From Mobula hypostoma (taxonomy: Eukaryota), in the NCBI RefSeq assembly GCF_963921235.1, contig NC_086097.1:219110001-219174000 (forward strand): 64,000 nt of DNA, given 5' to 3'. The notes beneath the pieces were generated by a model. It saw nothing but the letters and a program-made list of their open reading frames with translations. It searched no databases and was not told the DNA's origin. Both the position numbers and the translations under genes were made by a program. Below, in pieces: positions 26,191 through 38,953 of this stretch. Numbering within the stretch: the first letter of the stretch is position 1; each line of letters starts with the position of its first letter.

Positions 26191-26779
26191 CAAGTGACTG
26201 CACTACTACAGAACACTGAATATCCAACATAGCAATTTCAATTAGACTTTTTGCTATAGTGACACTTTATTCATCCTTTCTCTATTAATTTTTGAGGTGT
26301 AACCTCCAAGGTTAAGCAGAGTTTGAATCATAATGCTCATACCTTTTCCTGATCGCTGCGATGCATTTCAGGTACGTGCTCTGTACACCCAGACTCAAGC
26401 AAGTGCTACCAGTGACTACACTACCTGTACATCTGCACCATTTCAGTGATGAGAGAACATGAGAGCTGTTAACTAAGTGGGGTGGGATTCAGGGGGCAAG
26501 GAGAGGGAGTACCTTGAGCAGAATTCCTGTTTCATGCCCTCTTTCACCATCATGAGCCAATCACAGTTCACTCCCAGCATGCCGCAGAGCAGTGGCATGG
26601 TCTGTGCCAAGTGTGTGGCATCCAAAGTCCGAACAGCAGTGTGACTATTGTCAATGTTGGTCTACGAAAATGGCCAATTTATGCCTGTTAAAAGGGAAAT
26701 GGCCCACAGCATAAGCTTCCATTGGAGCTAGACTCTAATTTTCTCTGCATTCGTTGATTGGGTGAGTGGATGTCCTGCT

Positions 26780-27135
26780 AGTACCCATGACTAATAATCC
26801 TTTTGATGAGTTCCTGAGAACGATACCATCAAAGCAAAGTTGTCTGCCGCTTTTCTGACCCTGCCTGGTAGGGTCACCTGTGGCGATAAGGTCAAGGAGG
26901 AGGTTCCAGACAAAGAACGATCTAACCAAGACTTGGTGGATGATGACGACACATCACCACGGCAATGAAGGTGGAGGAAGGCTGCAGCAGCAGAGCGTCC
27001 TTAGTCCTCTTACATTCCGTGCCACTGGACCCTGACCTTGATTTGTCAAGGGCATTGTGGTGGCTGCCCTTGAATCAACTTCCCCATGTTAAACAGGGTC
27101 ACTCACAGGCATTCTTGATTAAGGAAATCCACCCT
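26780..27135 (+). mobile_element. RTE 5'-UTR-derived non-autonomous element
   Basis: cctggtagggtcacc...ggttccagacaaagaac...gtgccactggaccctgacc...gtggtggctgccc. Homologous to 25785-26190. Confidence 0.7.
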
Positions 27136-27329
27136 AAGACAACCACTTAGGAGGGCATCATATTCGGCTGGAGTGATTGCACTGCAACTACAGCTGATGA
27201 GAGATTGAAGGTGGCTGGGACTTGAGATGGGCCATCCACTATTTCCCTGTGATTATCAACTGCTCATTTGGTGTGAGCTATGAATCAGCATTTGACTTTC
27301 TTCCTACGTGGACCCACCAAATTGCGGAT

Positions 27330-27660
27330 ATCAGAATCAGAATCCCGTTTATTATCCCTGATAGATGCCGTAAACTTTGTTGATTTGTGGCAACAGTACA
27401 TCAAAATATATTAAAAAATAATCTAAGTTACAATAACAATTTTTATATATAAAAATAAATAAATAGTGCAAAATAGCGAGATAGTGTTCATCGGTTCTTG
27501 GACCGTTCAGAAATCTGATGGCCGAAGGGAAGAAGCTGTTCCTAAACCATTGAGTTTGGGTCTTCAGGCTCCTGTACCTCCTCCCTGTTGGTAGTAATGA
27601 AAAGAGGGCATATCTTGGATGTTGAGGGTCTTTAATAATAGATGCTGCTTCTTTATGGGT
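27330..27660 (-). mobile_element. Rex1/Babar 3' fragment
   Basis: ORF with AASIIKDPQHP...LLPTGRRYRSLK...FRNSFFPSAIR. (ATTCTG)n tail. Confidence 0.85.
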
Positions 27661-27823
27661 CTTCCCAGGACATATTGTGTTTTGGGGGGGGGCGGAGGGG
27701 GGTCTGTCTACTACTGTGCAAATGAGTACTGTGGTGAGGAGGGGAAAATGTGGCAGAATTAGAATGTTGCAACTTAATGTCATAATAAGGATTTTATTTC
27801 ATGTTGCAACTGAATGTCATAAT

Positions 27824-28379
27824 ATGTATGGGGTGACAGGGAGGGGTAGCACCTCTGGTGGGGGAACATCGCGCATCCTTTTCAAGGCGGTTAATCCACC
27901 TTTGGTCCCCACCTGGCACTCAGCTCTCACCTGTGGCTCCCTGTAGCTGTTTGCATGCGACAGTGGCCACACACCGGGCAACGGCTTCAACAAGCCGACT
28001 AAACCAGGTGAGGGTAGCTGACGGGTCTCAAACCCTCGGTTAGGTAGGGAGATGTCTATTCCAGCATGTGAAGACAGACTCCGGCAGATTGAGCGGACAA
28101 GACCAATGGAATGAGTCCAACGGTCAAGAAGGCGGTCTCTGCAAGCGTCGTGCAACGTGTAGAGCAGGACAAGACACAGAAGACGTCCTGGTCATCCATT
28201 GTGTCTAGTCCCATCTCCAGCCGTCTCGACCCCGTCTTGCCACTGGATCCAGATGGGAATTGGGAAGAGAGAGTGAGGCTGACACTGCGCAACTCTCCCT
28301 CACTTAAATCCAAATCATGTGCTAGTCTCGACACCATCGATGGTGTCGAGGTCTTTGTCGACGACGACGACGATGGATG
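27824..28379 (+). mobile_element. GC-rich non-autonomous retroposon, probably RTE-related
   Basis: Shares the gccactgga motif with neighbouring RTE derivatives. Ends in a perfect 24-bp palindrome (28327-28350) and a (GAC)n/GAT tail. Confidence 0.6.
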
Positions 28380-28870
28380 AATAACAATGATCTTATTTCA
28401 TTTATTGCTTAATTCAAGTCAGTATGTCTGAGTTTGTGAAAATACATATGGCTGAAATAGAAGAATGGCACGAAGGCTACCCTGATCTCTGTGGTAATTA
28501 GGACTGTCACGATTTTGAGCACTTTCTTTGCAGTTGTCTTAAATATCTTCACTAATTTCAATTTATTCCTTCTTCGTAATACTCTGCACTCTCCCTGCAC
28601 ATTTGAGAAAGCAGACTTATGAGTAAAGGTCTGGGGTGGTGAGGGGCAAATAGCATGGCTGCAGCCATCAATGTGACCTTTGCCCTGAGGTGCCCATAAT
28701 CAGATCTACTGGATCTTGGGGATCAGGTATAGTTGACTGTAGACAATGTTAGTTCTGTTTTCCTTCCAGTGCATTTTGCCCATGGATGCTGAACCAGAAA
28801 CAGGATTTCACTTGCACCTTCATGTGGATTTTCAATATTTTTGCTCTAATTGTGGTGAAACAGTAAAATA

Positions 28871-29666
28871 TAGTGGATTCCAATTAATTGGGACAAATTG
28901 AGACCAATGCATTTTAGTCCAATTAAGCGGCTGCCCCAATTAGCCAAAGTTTCATGGAAATAGTTAAAAGGTATAAAAAAGACAAACTACTGTTTAAGTA
29001 AGTAATAATTTATGTATTTAAATGAAATACGGAACAAATCAGAACACTATCAATACCTCTACAGTATTATAAAACTTTATTAGTTCCTTATAGTTATCAA
29101 ATGAGGAATTCATCTGCCAAGTTCTTTTGATTGAATGAACAAAATCAGTGTAGGCACCTGGTGCTGATAATGGATTGCCTGTATACAATGCTTCAGATGA
29201 TTGCATCCTCCAAATCTTCATTTTCATTGCAACATTGAAGATGATTAACTTGTTGAAGTAGTGAAATCATTTCATTTTCACTCCCAGCTGTTTCTGACAT
29301 CTCCAAGCCTGAATGGTTGAAACTGTGGTGAGCAAAACAGTTCTGAATTGTCTTGCTGTTTATTTCTCGCCAACTGTCAGTGACGAAAATCACTGCTTTT
29401 TGAACACAATCACACGCATTTGATGTTATTTAAAAATTGGTCACTCTAAGCATGGTGTAGTGTCTATCGACCATGCAAGTGCACATGACTGATGCTAATT
29501 AGAAACTGTTTGGCAACAGTCTTCTGCTCCAGTTAAGAGGTATGGTGTCCCAAATAAATGAAGGGAATCCCAGCTATATTCTCGAATAAATTTTTGTTCC
29601 TTAGGAGTTGTCCCGAGTAAATGGCTGTCCTGATTAACTGATGGGCCAATAAACCAAAATCCTATG
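28871..29666 (-). mobile_element. Tigger/pogo-derived non-autonomous DNA transposon
   Basis: TIR TA|tagtggattccaattaattgggac. ORF 29193-29393(-) DSWREINSKTIQNCFAH is a pogo transposase C-terminal motif. Confidence 0.82.
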
Positions 29667-30409
29667 TACAATATATCTACTTTTAGATATAGTTCAGTAA
29701 TAATTATTCTTTAGACTGAGATGAAAATAATACTTTTAATACCAATTAATTGACCAACTAATTCAACATCAACTACTCTCTGGAAAATTTTGCATTCTAT
29801 CAATGAAAAACTTATGTAGTTTTGGTTTGAAGGTCTTATTTGTCACTCTGCTGTTCTACGAAATACTCTGACATAAAAGAATTTTCAATATGACCCATAC
29901 TTGTGATTACAATAAAATCAATACCATTCTTTGTCATTTCAAAATGAAACTGAGAGGGACTTTGGGATTTCTATGAAAGCACAGTTTAACAAGAATCGAA
30001 GAAATCTTTTGAATTGTTAAGAACTTAACTGTTTCAAACAGGATCACAGTAAGCTGGTGTTAAGGTTCTGTTGAAAAACCTAGTGTATAGTTCACGTGTA
30101 TGAAAATTATTGCATGTAAATTTTCTCTGATTTTATATTACTATATAGAGATGATGAGTTAGGCCATGTGTATGATTTAATTTCTTGTTAGTATTTTACA
30201 TGAATTTACTAACTTAATTGAATATGTTGGAAAGGTACATATGCTTATAATGGATGAAATCACTTTTATTCACTCTGCACGACCTGCGGTATTTCTTAAA
30301 GTCAGCTCTTTAAGGTACAGTAGTATTGATGAACATAAACACTGATAATTTTCTAAAGCATTGCAAATCGCAGGACAAAATTAGTAAATAGTTGTACTGT
30401 TTTGTCTAG

Positions 30410-30501
30410 ATTCCAGGGAGATAGTTTAATGGAAGAATCTGATGATGGAACACAGATGTCGCATTCCCCTGAACAAGCAGTCCCTAACCCCTGTACAGCT
30501 T
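30410..30501 (+). CDS. C8orf34: C8orf34 orthologue, internal coding exon B (92 bp, phase 2 to phase 1)
   Basis: Acceptor gttttgtctag|A and donor T|gtaagt. Encodes (R)FQGDSLMEESDDGTQMSHSPEQAVPNPCTA, in frame with exon A and similar to recalled human RLQGDNLEERTEESLPILHSPDEKIP. Confidence 0.87.
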
Positions 30502-30679
30502 GTAAGTAAGAACATTTAAATATTTGCAAAAAAATATTAAATGTGAAGCATGGCAGTGGCCTTGTCCAATAAATAACAAAATCTGAACAAGAATACAATA
30601 TTAACTCAATATATTGAGTGGGAAATTTCAGCGTGTTTCAAGTTGCAAGATTAAAAACTAAATGTTGAAGTAGGATCAT

Positions 30680-31180
30680 AAAATTATGAGGCATAGGAGC
30701 AGAATTAGACCATTTAGCCTATTGAATACTGCATCATTCCATCGTGGCTGATTTATTTTTCCTTTCAACCCCATTCTACTACCTTCTCCCCATGACCTTT
30801 GACACCCTAACTAATCAAGAACCTATCAACCTCTGCTTTAAACTGATAAAACAGTGTGAGGCGCCCCGGAGTTTGGAGTTCAATTCCGGCGCTGTTCTTT
30901 AAGGAGTTTCCGTACATCCTCCCCATGGAATGTGTGGGTTTTCTCCGGATCCTCTGGTTTCTTTCCACAGACCAAAGATGTACCAGATAGTTTAATTGGT
31001 CATTGTAATTGTCCTGTGATTAGGTTAGAGTTAATCAGGTTCGTCGGGGGGTTGCTAGGGCTGTGTGACTCGAAGGGCTGGAAGGGCCTAAATATACCCA
31101 ATGACATGGTCACCACAGCTATATGTGGCAATGAATTCCACAGTTTCACCACCCTCTGGCTAAAGAAATTCCTCCACATA
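30680..31180 (-). mobile_element. CR1 3' end interrupted by an HE1-like V-SINE (about 30850-31090, + strand)
   Basis: RNFFSQRVVKLWNSLP on -. The inner SINE has the V-domain gggttttctccggatcctctggtttctttccaca. Confidence 0.75.
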
Positions 31181-32663
31181 TGGCAGGTCAAGTTAGTTTT
31201 GTTCACGTTAGAATCGTGAGTATATAGAATGATGGATTTCATAGATCTTGAAATGTGAGATAGTGGGCGTGAATGAATGTATCATCAAAATCAACTCAAT
31301 ACCAGAAAATCCATTACTTCTTCAAAATTTGCATCCACTAAGATCACAATGTTTAAATATGTGTGCATGAGGTAACCCCTCCAGAAGTTGTGTCCAAGTA
31401 AATTGCCTGAAAGCAGAGCCAGGATTGATAATTGGATTTGTGCACTTCTGAAGGTAAAAAGCCTAGAAAGATGATTGCAATCCGCACTCTTTCAACAATG
31501 CAGTGGACTGTCAGCTTAGATTATACCTTCAGTCTGTGGAGTTGGATTTAAGTCCATTACCACCTGGCTCGGAGGCAAAATTGATAAATTACAAGGTTGC
31601 ACAACAAGCATTGAAACTAATTAAATAATGTATCTGAGGAAGTATTTTAATAAGTTTTTTGATTTATGCTCCAGCCTGCTGAAATGTTCAATGTGACAAT
31701 GTAATTGCTATCTTTTATGTTCAATGAGAAGTATCAACATGCATTTGCTAGAAAAACACTGCTGATCTTGATGCTCAGTCATGTTGAACTGAACATTCAA
31801 CTGGATCATCTACAGTGAAAATCGGTGACTTGTGTTAGCACCTGGGATCAGAAAGTCAGGAATTGCAACAAAGGAGTAGACCTAATTAAAAAGTGGCTTG
31901 AAAATGTACAAGTGGAATCCCTTCACCATTTATCCTTCAGTTAAGCTAAATTTAGGAGTATCAGAGAAAATAATAAAAGTTTTCTTATGATATCATGCAG
32001 CATTCTTCACCTTAAAAATGTCTTATTATGCATCTACCTTTTTTTGCATTTTCTTCATTGCCTCTATATCCTTATACTGAAATATTGAAGCCAGATTGTT
32101 CATAACGTTCTAAATATCCATCAAACCAAGTTTTTGTACATTTGTTATAGTTTTCGCGTTTTTGAGTTAGGAGTGACTTGTAATATTATTTTTAAGGAGT
32201 TATGTATTTCCTCATTGCTTCCAATGAGTAATTGCCTCCATATTTTCCCAAAAAAAAGTGTGCATCTCATAACCTTTCATGCTATTGAAATCCATTTGCC
32301 GTTAATGTTCTGCAAGCATAATTTTATCTTGTAACTGAATTTGTAATTTGAAGTTAATTCCCTTACTATTGACCATGAGCCCATAAATTAAAACAAATAT
32401 TGGATTTCTCTTTCTGATTCTCAAGTACATGATGAATGGTTACTTCCATATGTAACCTGCTGTTGAATGGGACAGTTCATGGAGGATGCTCTGACAAATA
32501 TTATGGTGCACGCGCTTAGTGCAATCCCTTCCCTTGACGCCATCAATTATCAACCAAAGAGAACAATGTTTGAACAACTTCCATTCCTGTAATGCTAAAG
32601 CTTAATGCTCTTGAGGCAGCTTAGTTTCAATTATCATTAAAATCCAGAAATACATCAGGTTAA

Positions 32664-33115
32664 CACGAGGAAATCTGCAGATGCCGGAATTTCAAGCAAC
32701 ACACATAAAAGTTGCTGGTGAACGCAGCAGGCCAGGCAGCATCTCCAGTAAGAGGTATAGTCGACGTTTCGGGCCGAGACCCTTCGTCAGGACTAACTGA
32801 AAGAAGAGATAGTAAGAGATTTGAAAGTGGGAGGGGGAGGGGGAGATCCGAAACGATAGGAGTGGGAGGGATGGAGCCAAGAGCTGGACAGTTGATTGGC
32901 AAAAGCGATATGAGAGGATCATGGGACAGGAGGCCTAGGGAGAAAGAAAAGGGGGAGGGGGGAAAAAGCCCAGAGGATGGGCAAGGGGTATAGTGAGAGG
33001 GACAGAGGGAGAAAAAGGAGAGAGAGCAAAAGAATGTGTGTATATAAATAAATAACAGATGGAGTACGAGGGGGAGGTGGGGCATTAGCGGAAGTTTGAG
33101 AAGTCAATGTTCAAG
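32664..33115 (-). mobile_element. Penelope-like element 3' end/terminal repeat with 9-bp TSD
   Basis: TSD tcaggttaa at 32655-32663 and 33116-33124. Purine/pyrimidine-biased 3' UTR. Contains a hammerhead motif. Confidence 0.85.
32758..32795 (-). ncRNA. Minimal type I hammerhead ribozyme motif (Penelope-associated)
   Basis: Minus strand reads UAGUC CUGACGA A GGG-UCUCGG-CCC GAAA CG UC GACUA: intact core, 5-bp stem I, 3-bp stem II and a palindromic ACGU in place of stem III. Confidence 0.75.
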
Positions 33116-33279
33116 TCAGGTTAATTTCCCTGCACATCTTCAGCCTTGGAGCTATCTCATTGCGTACGTCCAGAAACAGGCCATGTTTTACTAGGAAGGC
33201 TCGCCCAAGTTACCCAGCTAGCAATGAAATGGTAACCAAGGGGCTCCCATTACCATCTCCTTGTCCACTCTGTGAGCTT

Positions 33280-33940
33280 AAGTTCGAGTTTAATTGTCAC
33301 TCAACCATAGACACGAACACAGGCAAATGAAATGGTATTTCTCTGGAGCCAGGGTGTAAAACACAATATCAGCAGTCACATACAGCTCAAGGCGCATATA
33401 GCACAGACAATCACGATAACAGTAAAACAGAAAGTCACAAAAAATATGTATAATCCAAGTCCCTGAGTGTTATGGCTTGTAGATTGACAATGCACGGGAT
33501 GTTGTCCTGAAACCACGTTCTCTGCAAAAAAAAAACAAGCTGCAGTTCCTCATCTCACACGTGAGCAGCTGCAGATGAATGCAGTCCAGCTTGTCTTCCA
33601 CCAAGTGAGCACTGGAGGGCAGTGCTGACGAGAAGGGAGAGCCCCCAATCAAACATGGATGCCTGCTGCTCCATACTGTCTCCTCCCCTGCGGCACGAGG
33701 GCCTAGTCTGTGCCACTACCCAAGCCACGTAGCTCCCTGCTGTCAGTCTCTCCAATGAATCAGTGTATTGCACTTGCGATACTCTACTTACCAATGTCCA
33801 ACAGATCTGGCGATTACGAGAAAAACGGACTGTCTCTGCTGCTGTCAGCCGTAGGGAGCTAGGCACCTGTTGGGGGCCAGACTGGATAACCAGCATGACC
33901 ATGGGCCATGTAAACAGCAATCTGACACATCATCTTAAAG
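33280..33940 (-). repeat. Probable non-autonomous LINE-derived repeat (class uncertain)
   Basis: Starts with aagttcgagtttaattgtca, resembling the reverse-complemented 3' tails of Rex1-type elements here. GC-richer body with no recognisable protein motif. Confidence 0.4.
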
Positions 33941-34249
33941 GAGCAGTATTGCTGTATATTATAGTCATTAACCACAAGCTCAACAGCATTAATACTTTAC
34001 CCATTCATTTTGGAAGGCTATTAGTGTTTGAGAAATCAAACGGTACAGGTTACTTAGATGCTTTAATTTTAACCATTCCTTTAAGAACGTTAGATTTAAA
34101 GAGTGTTACAAAATTAAAAATATTGGAAATTTGAATTGCAGACAGAAAATGCTGGGAACATTTAGTAGGTTAGGCAGTTGTCTGACATGCTGAATATTTC
34201 TGGTAATTTTTGTATTTGTATGTTATAAATAGTGTATGTTATTAATATT

Positions 34250-35115
34250 ATTATTGCCATATGTTCTGAGGTACAGCAGGAGACTTGCCTTGCATACTGT
34301 CGAAAGAGATTGTTTCGTTACAACAGTGCATTGAGGTTGTACGACTAAGAACAGTAACAGAATGTGGAATTAACTCTTAGAGTTACAGAGAAAAACATGA
34401 GGTGTAAGGTCATAATGAGGTCGTTGTGAGGTCAAGGGTCTATTTTACCATGCAATGAGAATGTTCAATAGACTCACAGCAACAGGGTGGAAGCTGACAT
34501 GGAGGGAAAGGTTGTTGTCATGACACCATGTCAATAGGCTCTCTATTTCCAACTGTTTATTATTTGAGATATAGCCCAGTACAGTGGGATTGTCTGCAAT
34601 CAACAGTTGAACTGAATCGAATTGACTTTATTTCTTACATCCTTCACATACATGAGTAAAATCTTTACATTACATCTCCATTTGAATGTGCAATGTGCAA
34701 TACGTAGTAATTTGTAATAAATAGTATGGACAGTCAACATAGCATAGAGATACAATTTTGTATCAGCGTAAATTAATCAGTCTGATGGCCTGGTGGAAGA
34801 AACTATCCCGGAGCCCATTGATCCTGGCTTTAATGCTGTGGTACTGTTTCCCAGATGGTAGCATGTGGAACAGTTTGTGGTTGGGGTGACTCGGGTCCCC
34901 AGTAATCCTTCAGGTCCTTTTTATGCACCTGTCTCTGTAAATGTCCCAAATAGTGAGAAGTTCACATCTACAGATGCGCTGGGCTGTCTGCACCACTCTC
35001 TGAAGAGTCCTGCGATTGAGGGAAGTACAGTTCCCATAGCAAGTAGTGATGCAGCCAGTCAAGATGCTCTCAATTGTGCCCCTATAGAAAGTCCTTAGGA
35101 TCTGAGAACTCATGC
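34250..35115 (-). mobile_element. Two adjacent Rex1/Babar fragments
   Basis: 34250-34600 resembles 960-1800. ORF 34910-35113(-) FYRGTIESILTGCITTCYGNC...LQRVVQTAQRI. Confidence 0.75.
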
Positions 35116-35429
35116 CATGTCTCTTTGGAAAATGGGTAAAAAAAAACCTCAGATATAAAGTTGACTCTGATTTCTATTTTTACATTAACTGGTACTAATC
35201 AATATCACTAATTATTACTCAACTCCTAAAATAGAAATAGTAAGTTTTATGTATTGGGAAGATTAACTTTTATATTGGATGTTCAATTGTATTGAGGTTA
35301 ATCCATAAAAAAATAGGATTATTATGAATGCATTGTATGAAGGATTATCTCGGTAAATTAGATCTAATAGGGTTGATCTTCATGTTCTGGAATGAATCAG
35401 TTCTAATTAAGTATCCAAACAAAATAGAA

Positions 35430-36335
35430 AAGCAATAATAGAAATGCTTTGAGAGGCTGGTTATGGCTAGAATCAACTTCTACCTCAGCAAGGACCTGGA
35501 CCCACTGCAAATTGATTATTGCCACAATAGGTCTATGGCAGACGCAATCTCACTGGCTCTCCACCCAGCCCATCTATAAATTTGCTGACGATTGTTGGCA
35601 GAATCTCAGATGGTGACGAGAAGGCGTACAGCAGCGAGATATACCAGCTTGTTGAGGGCTGTCACAGCAACAACCTTGCACTCAACGTCGATAAAACCAA
35701 AGAACTGATTGTGGACTTCAGAAAGGGTAAGATGAGGGGCCATGAACCAATCCTCATATCTGGATCAGAAGTGGAGAGAATTTGAAATTTCAAGTTTCTG
35801 GATGTCAATATCTCTGAAGACTTAACCTGGACCCAATATGGGATGCAGTTATAAAGAAGGCAATACCACAGCTATATTTTATTAGGGGGTTGAGGAGATT
35901 TGGTATGTCGCCAAAAACCTTCGCAAGTTTATACAGATGTACTATGAAGAGCATTTGAACTGGTTGCATCACTGTCTGGTATGGGCGGGAGGGGCTACGG
36001 CACAGGATTGAAGTAAGCTGTAGAGATTTGTGATATTAGCCAGCTCCATCATGTGTACTAGCCTCCAATGTATCTATGTCATCTTCAAGGAGAGATGCCT
36101 CAGAAAGTCAGTGTTCATCATTGGGGACCTCCATCCCCATTAGGATATGCCCTCTTGTCATTGCTACTATCAGGAAGGAGGTACAGAAGCCTCAAGGCAC
36201 ACACTCAGCAATACAGGAACAGCTTCTTCCCCTCTGCCACCCTAAATGGACATTGGATCCAGAACACTACCTCAGTATTTCTTTTTATTTCCTATTTTTT
36301 GCATTGCATTTAATTTAACTATTTAATATTTATAT
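35430..36335 (+). mobile_element. Rex1/Babar LINE, internally deleted
   Basis: LDPLQ, IVGRISDGDE, LNVDKTKELIVDFRK and SGRRYRSLKAHT motifs. Confidence 0.85.
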
Positions 36336-36339
36336 ATTT

Positions 36340-38110
36340 AAAGCAAGGACCTGGACCCACTGCAATTTACCTATTGCCACAATAGGTCAATGGCAGACGC
36401 AATCTCAATGGCTCTTCATGTGGCCTTAGTCCACCCGGACAATACAAACACCTATTTCAGGATGCTGTTCATCAACTATAGCTCAGCATTTAACACCATC
36501 ATTCCCAATACTGATTGATAAGATACAGAACCTGGGCCTCTGTACCTCCCTCTGCAATTGGATCCTTGACTTCCTAACAGGAAGACCACAATCTGTGCGA
36601 ATTGGTGATAATATCTCCTCCTCGCTGATTATCTTTCTTTCTTTCTTTTTAAATCTTTTTATTGAGTAAGTATACAAAAAAGGTAAGCCATATAAACATT
36701 AATACAATGTTAAAGTACAATAAAATTCCAAAAGATAACAATACCAAAAAGAAAATACTACAAACAATGTAATTTAAGCATAAGAAACCAAGATAACATA
36801 ATAGTATACTAGATTTTATATATATCAATGGAAAAAAAAAAGAAAAAAAAACCCCCCAAAAAAATCCCACCGTGCAACTACCTAAAAGCAAAGCAAAGCA
36901 ATGGGCTAACTTGAAACCAAACAGAGTTAAACTTAAAATCACGTCCTCAATCCCGACCTCCATTAAAACAGTGAAAAAAAAACAAGAAGGGTAAATATTA
37001 CATTAAATGAAAATATCGAATAAAAGGTCCCCAAAGCTGATTATCAACACTGGTGCATCTCAGGGGTGTGTGCTTGGCCCACTGCTCTACTCTCTCTAAA
37101 CCCATGACTGTGTGGCTCGGCATAGCTCAAAAACCACCTATAAATTTGCTGATGATACAACCATTGTTGGTAGAATCTCAGATAGAGATGAGAGGGCGTA
37201 CAGGAGCGAGGTATGCCAACTAGTGGAATGGTGTCACAACAACAACCTTGCACTCAGTGTCAGTAAGACAAAAGAGCCAATTGTGGACTTCAGGAAGGAT
37301 AAGATGAAGAAACACATACCAATCTTCACAGAGGGATCAGAAGTGGAGAGAGTGAGCAGTTTCAAGTTCCTGGGTGTCAAGATCTCTGAAGGCCTAACCT
37401 GGTCCCAACATATCAATGCAGCTATAAAGAAGGCAAGACAGTGACTATACTTCATCAGGAGTTTGAAGAGATTTGGCATGTTGACAAAAACACTCAAAAA
37501 CTCCTATAGTTGTACCGTGGAGAGCATTCTGACAGGCTGCATCACTGTCTGGTATCGGGGGGTGGGGGGCTCCTGCACAGGATCGAAAGAAGCTGCAGAG
37601 GGTTGTAAATTTAGTCAGCTCCAGCTTGGGTACTAGCCTACAAAGTACCCAGAACATCTTCAAAGAGCAGTGTCTCAGAAAGGCAGCATCCATTATTGAG
37701 GACCTCCAGCACACAGGGCATGCCCTTTTCTCACTGTTACCATCAGGCAGGAGGTACAGAAGCCTGAAGGCACACACTCAGCAATTCAGGAACAGCTTCT
37801 TCACCTCTGCCATCCTATTCCTAAATGGACATTGAACCCGTGAACACTACCTCACTTCTCTAATATATATTTTTTCTGTTTTTTGCATGATCTTTAATCT
37901 ATTCAATATACATATACTGCAATGTATTTATTTATTTTTCCTTCTGTATCATGTATTGCATTGAACTGCTGCTGCTATGTTAACAAATTTCATGACACTT
38001 GCCGGTGGGAATAAACCTGATTCTGTATCTGATTCTAATTCACAGCTTTCTTTTTCCTTCTGTGATCATGGTACCGCTGCTGCAAAATTAACACATTTCA
38101 CTACTTATGC
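36340..38110 (+). mobile_element. Rex1/Babar LINE interrupted by an L1 3' end
   Basis: KFADDTTIVGRI, KTKEPIVDFRK, FKFLGV and LLPSGRRYRSL motifs. aataaacctgattctg tail. Confidence 0.88.
36634..37035 (-). mobile_element. L1-clade LINE 3' end with 10-bp TSD
   Basis: Minus strand begins WGPFIRYFHLM*, resembling a fish L1 ORF2 C-terminus. T-rich 3' UTR, AATAAA and (GAAA)n tail. TSD gctgattatc at 36624-36633 and 37036-37045. Confidence 0.8.
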
Positions 38111-38879
38111 CAGTGATATTAAACCTGATTCTGAATTCTCCCACATCAGTACATTAACAATTTTGCTAAATGATTTAATAATGAACCTGAATCTGATGTG
38201 TTGGCAGTAATCTATATGGATCATTGAGGTTGTTACTGGCCTTGGTATACTGTGAATGGGTAGTTCCAATGAGGCATGCGCTATATTATCAGGCAAAAAT
38301 TTTTTCGACATATGCCAGTGATGTTACAACTGATTCTGATTCCGATTCTGGCCTTCCCATCTCACAACTGTGCCACAGGTTTGCATTTGCAATCACTTTT
38401 GGTTAAAGGGCTGTCTGAGGCACTTAGTATTTACCAGAGAAGAGAACCACATGGACAATTGGAAGGTGGCACAAGCAGTACTGGAAAAAAAGGAAGATAG
38501 TCCTTTATTTTCACTCAGTATTTGTCACTTGCCCCAATATTAATTATTCCACAATTAATTCCTACTTTTTATGGCTATCTTTAGCATGAGTCACAATTTT
38601 AACATTATATGAATGTCATTAAAGATTCCCGATCAAATAGCTCTGGGATGAAGAATAACACTTATCGACCAATGTGAAACACAATTCAATTTTTTCCCTT
38701 TTGCAGATTTTCTGTGCTCTTTTATGTAGCATCAAGTACTAAAGTCAACTGTGAAATGTTTTTTACAGAATGTGCTTGGGTCTTATTTATTTTAACATAA
38801 TATTTATGGCCATACTTTATGAGAGTAATTATTGTTCAAAGTGACTTCTGGAAATGAGTTATGTATTCTCTTGGAACAG

Positions 38880-38953
38880 CTCCATTGCTGGGGGTGGAAA
38901 GAGTGATGCAAGATGAAGAAGAATTTGAGAGTGCTTCTCAAGTGTCAGGGACT
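38880..38953 (+). CDS. C8orf34: C8orf34 orthologue, internal coding exon C (74 bp, phase 1 to phase 0)
   Basis: Acceptor tattctcttggaacag|CT and donor ACT|gtaagt. Encodes (S)PLLGVERVMQDEEEFESASQVSGT, in frame with exon B and similar to recalled human LPGTEEALMEEGDEFEKASKLTGP. Confidence 0.87.
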
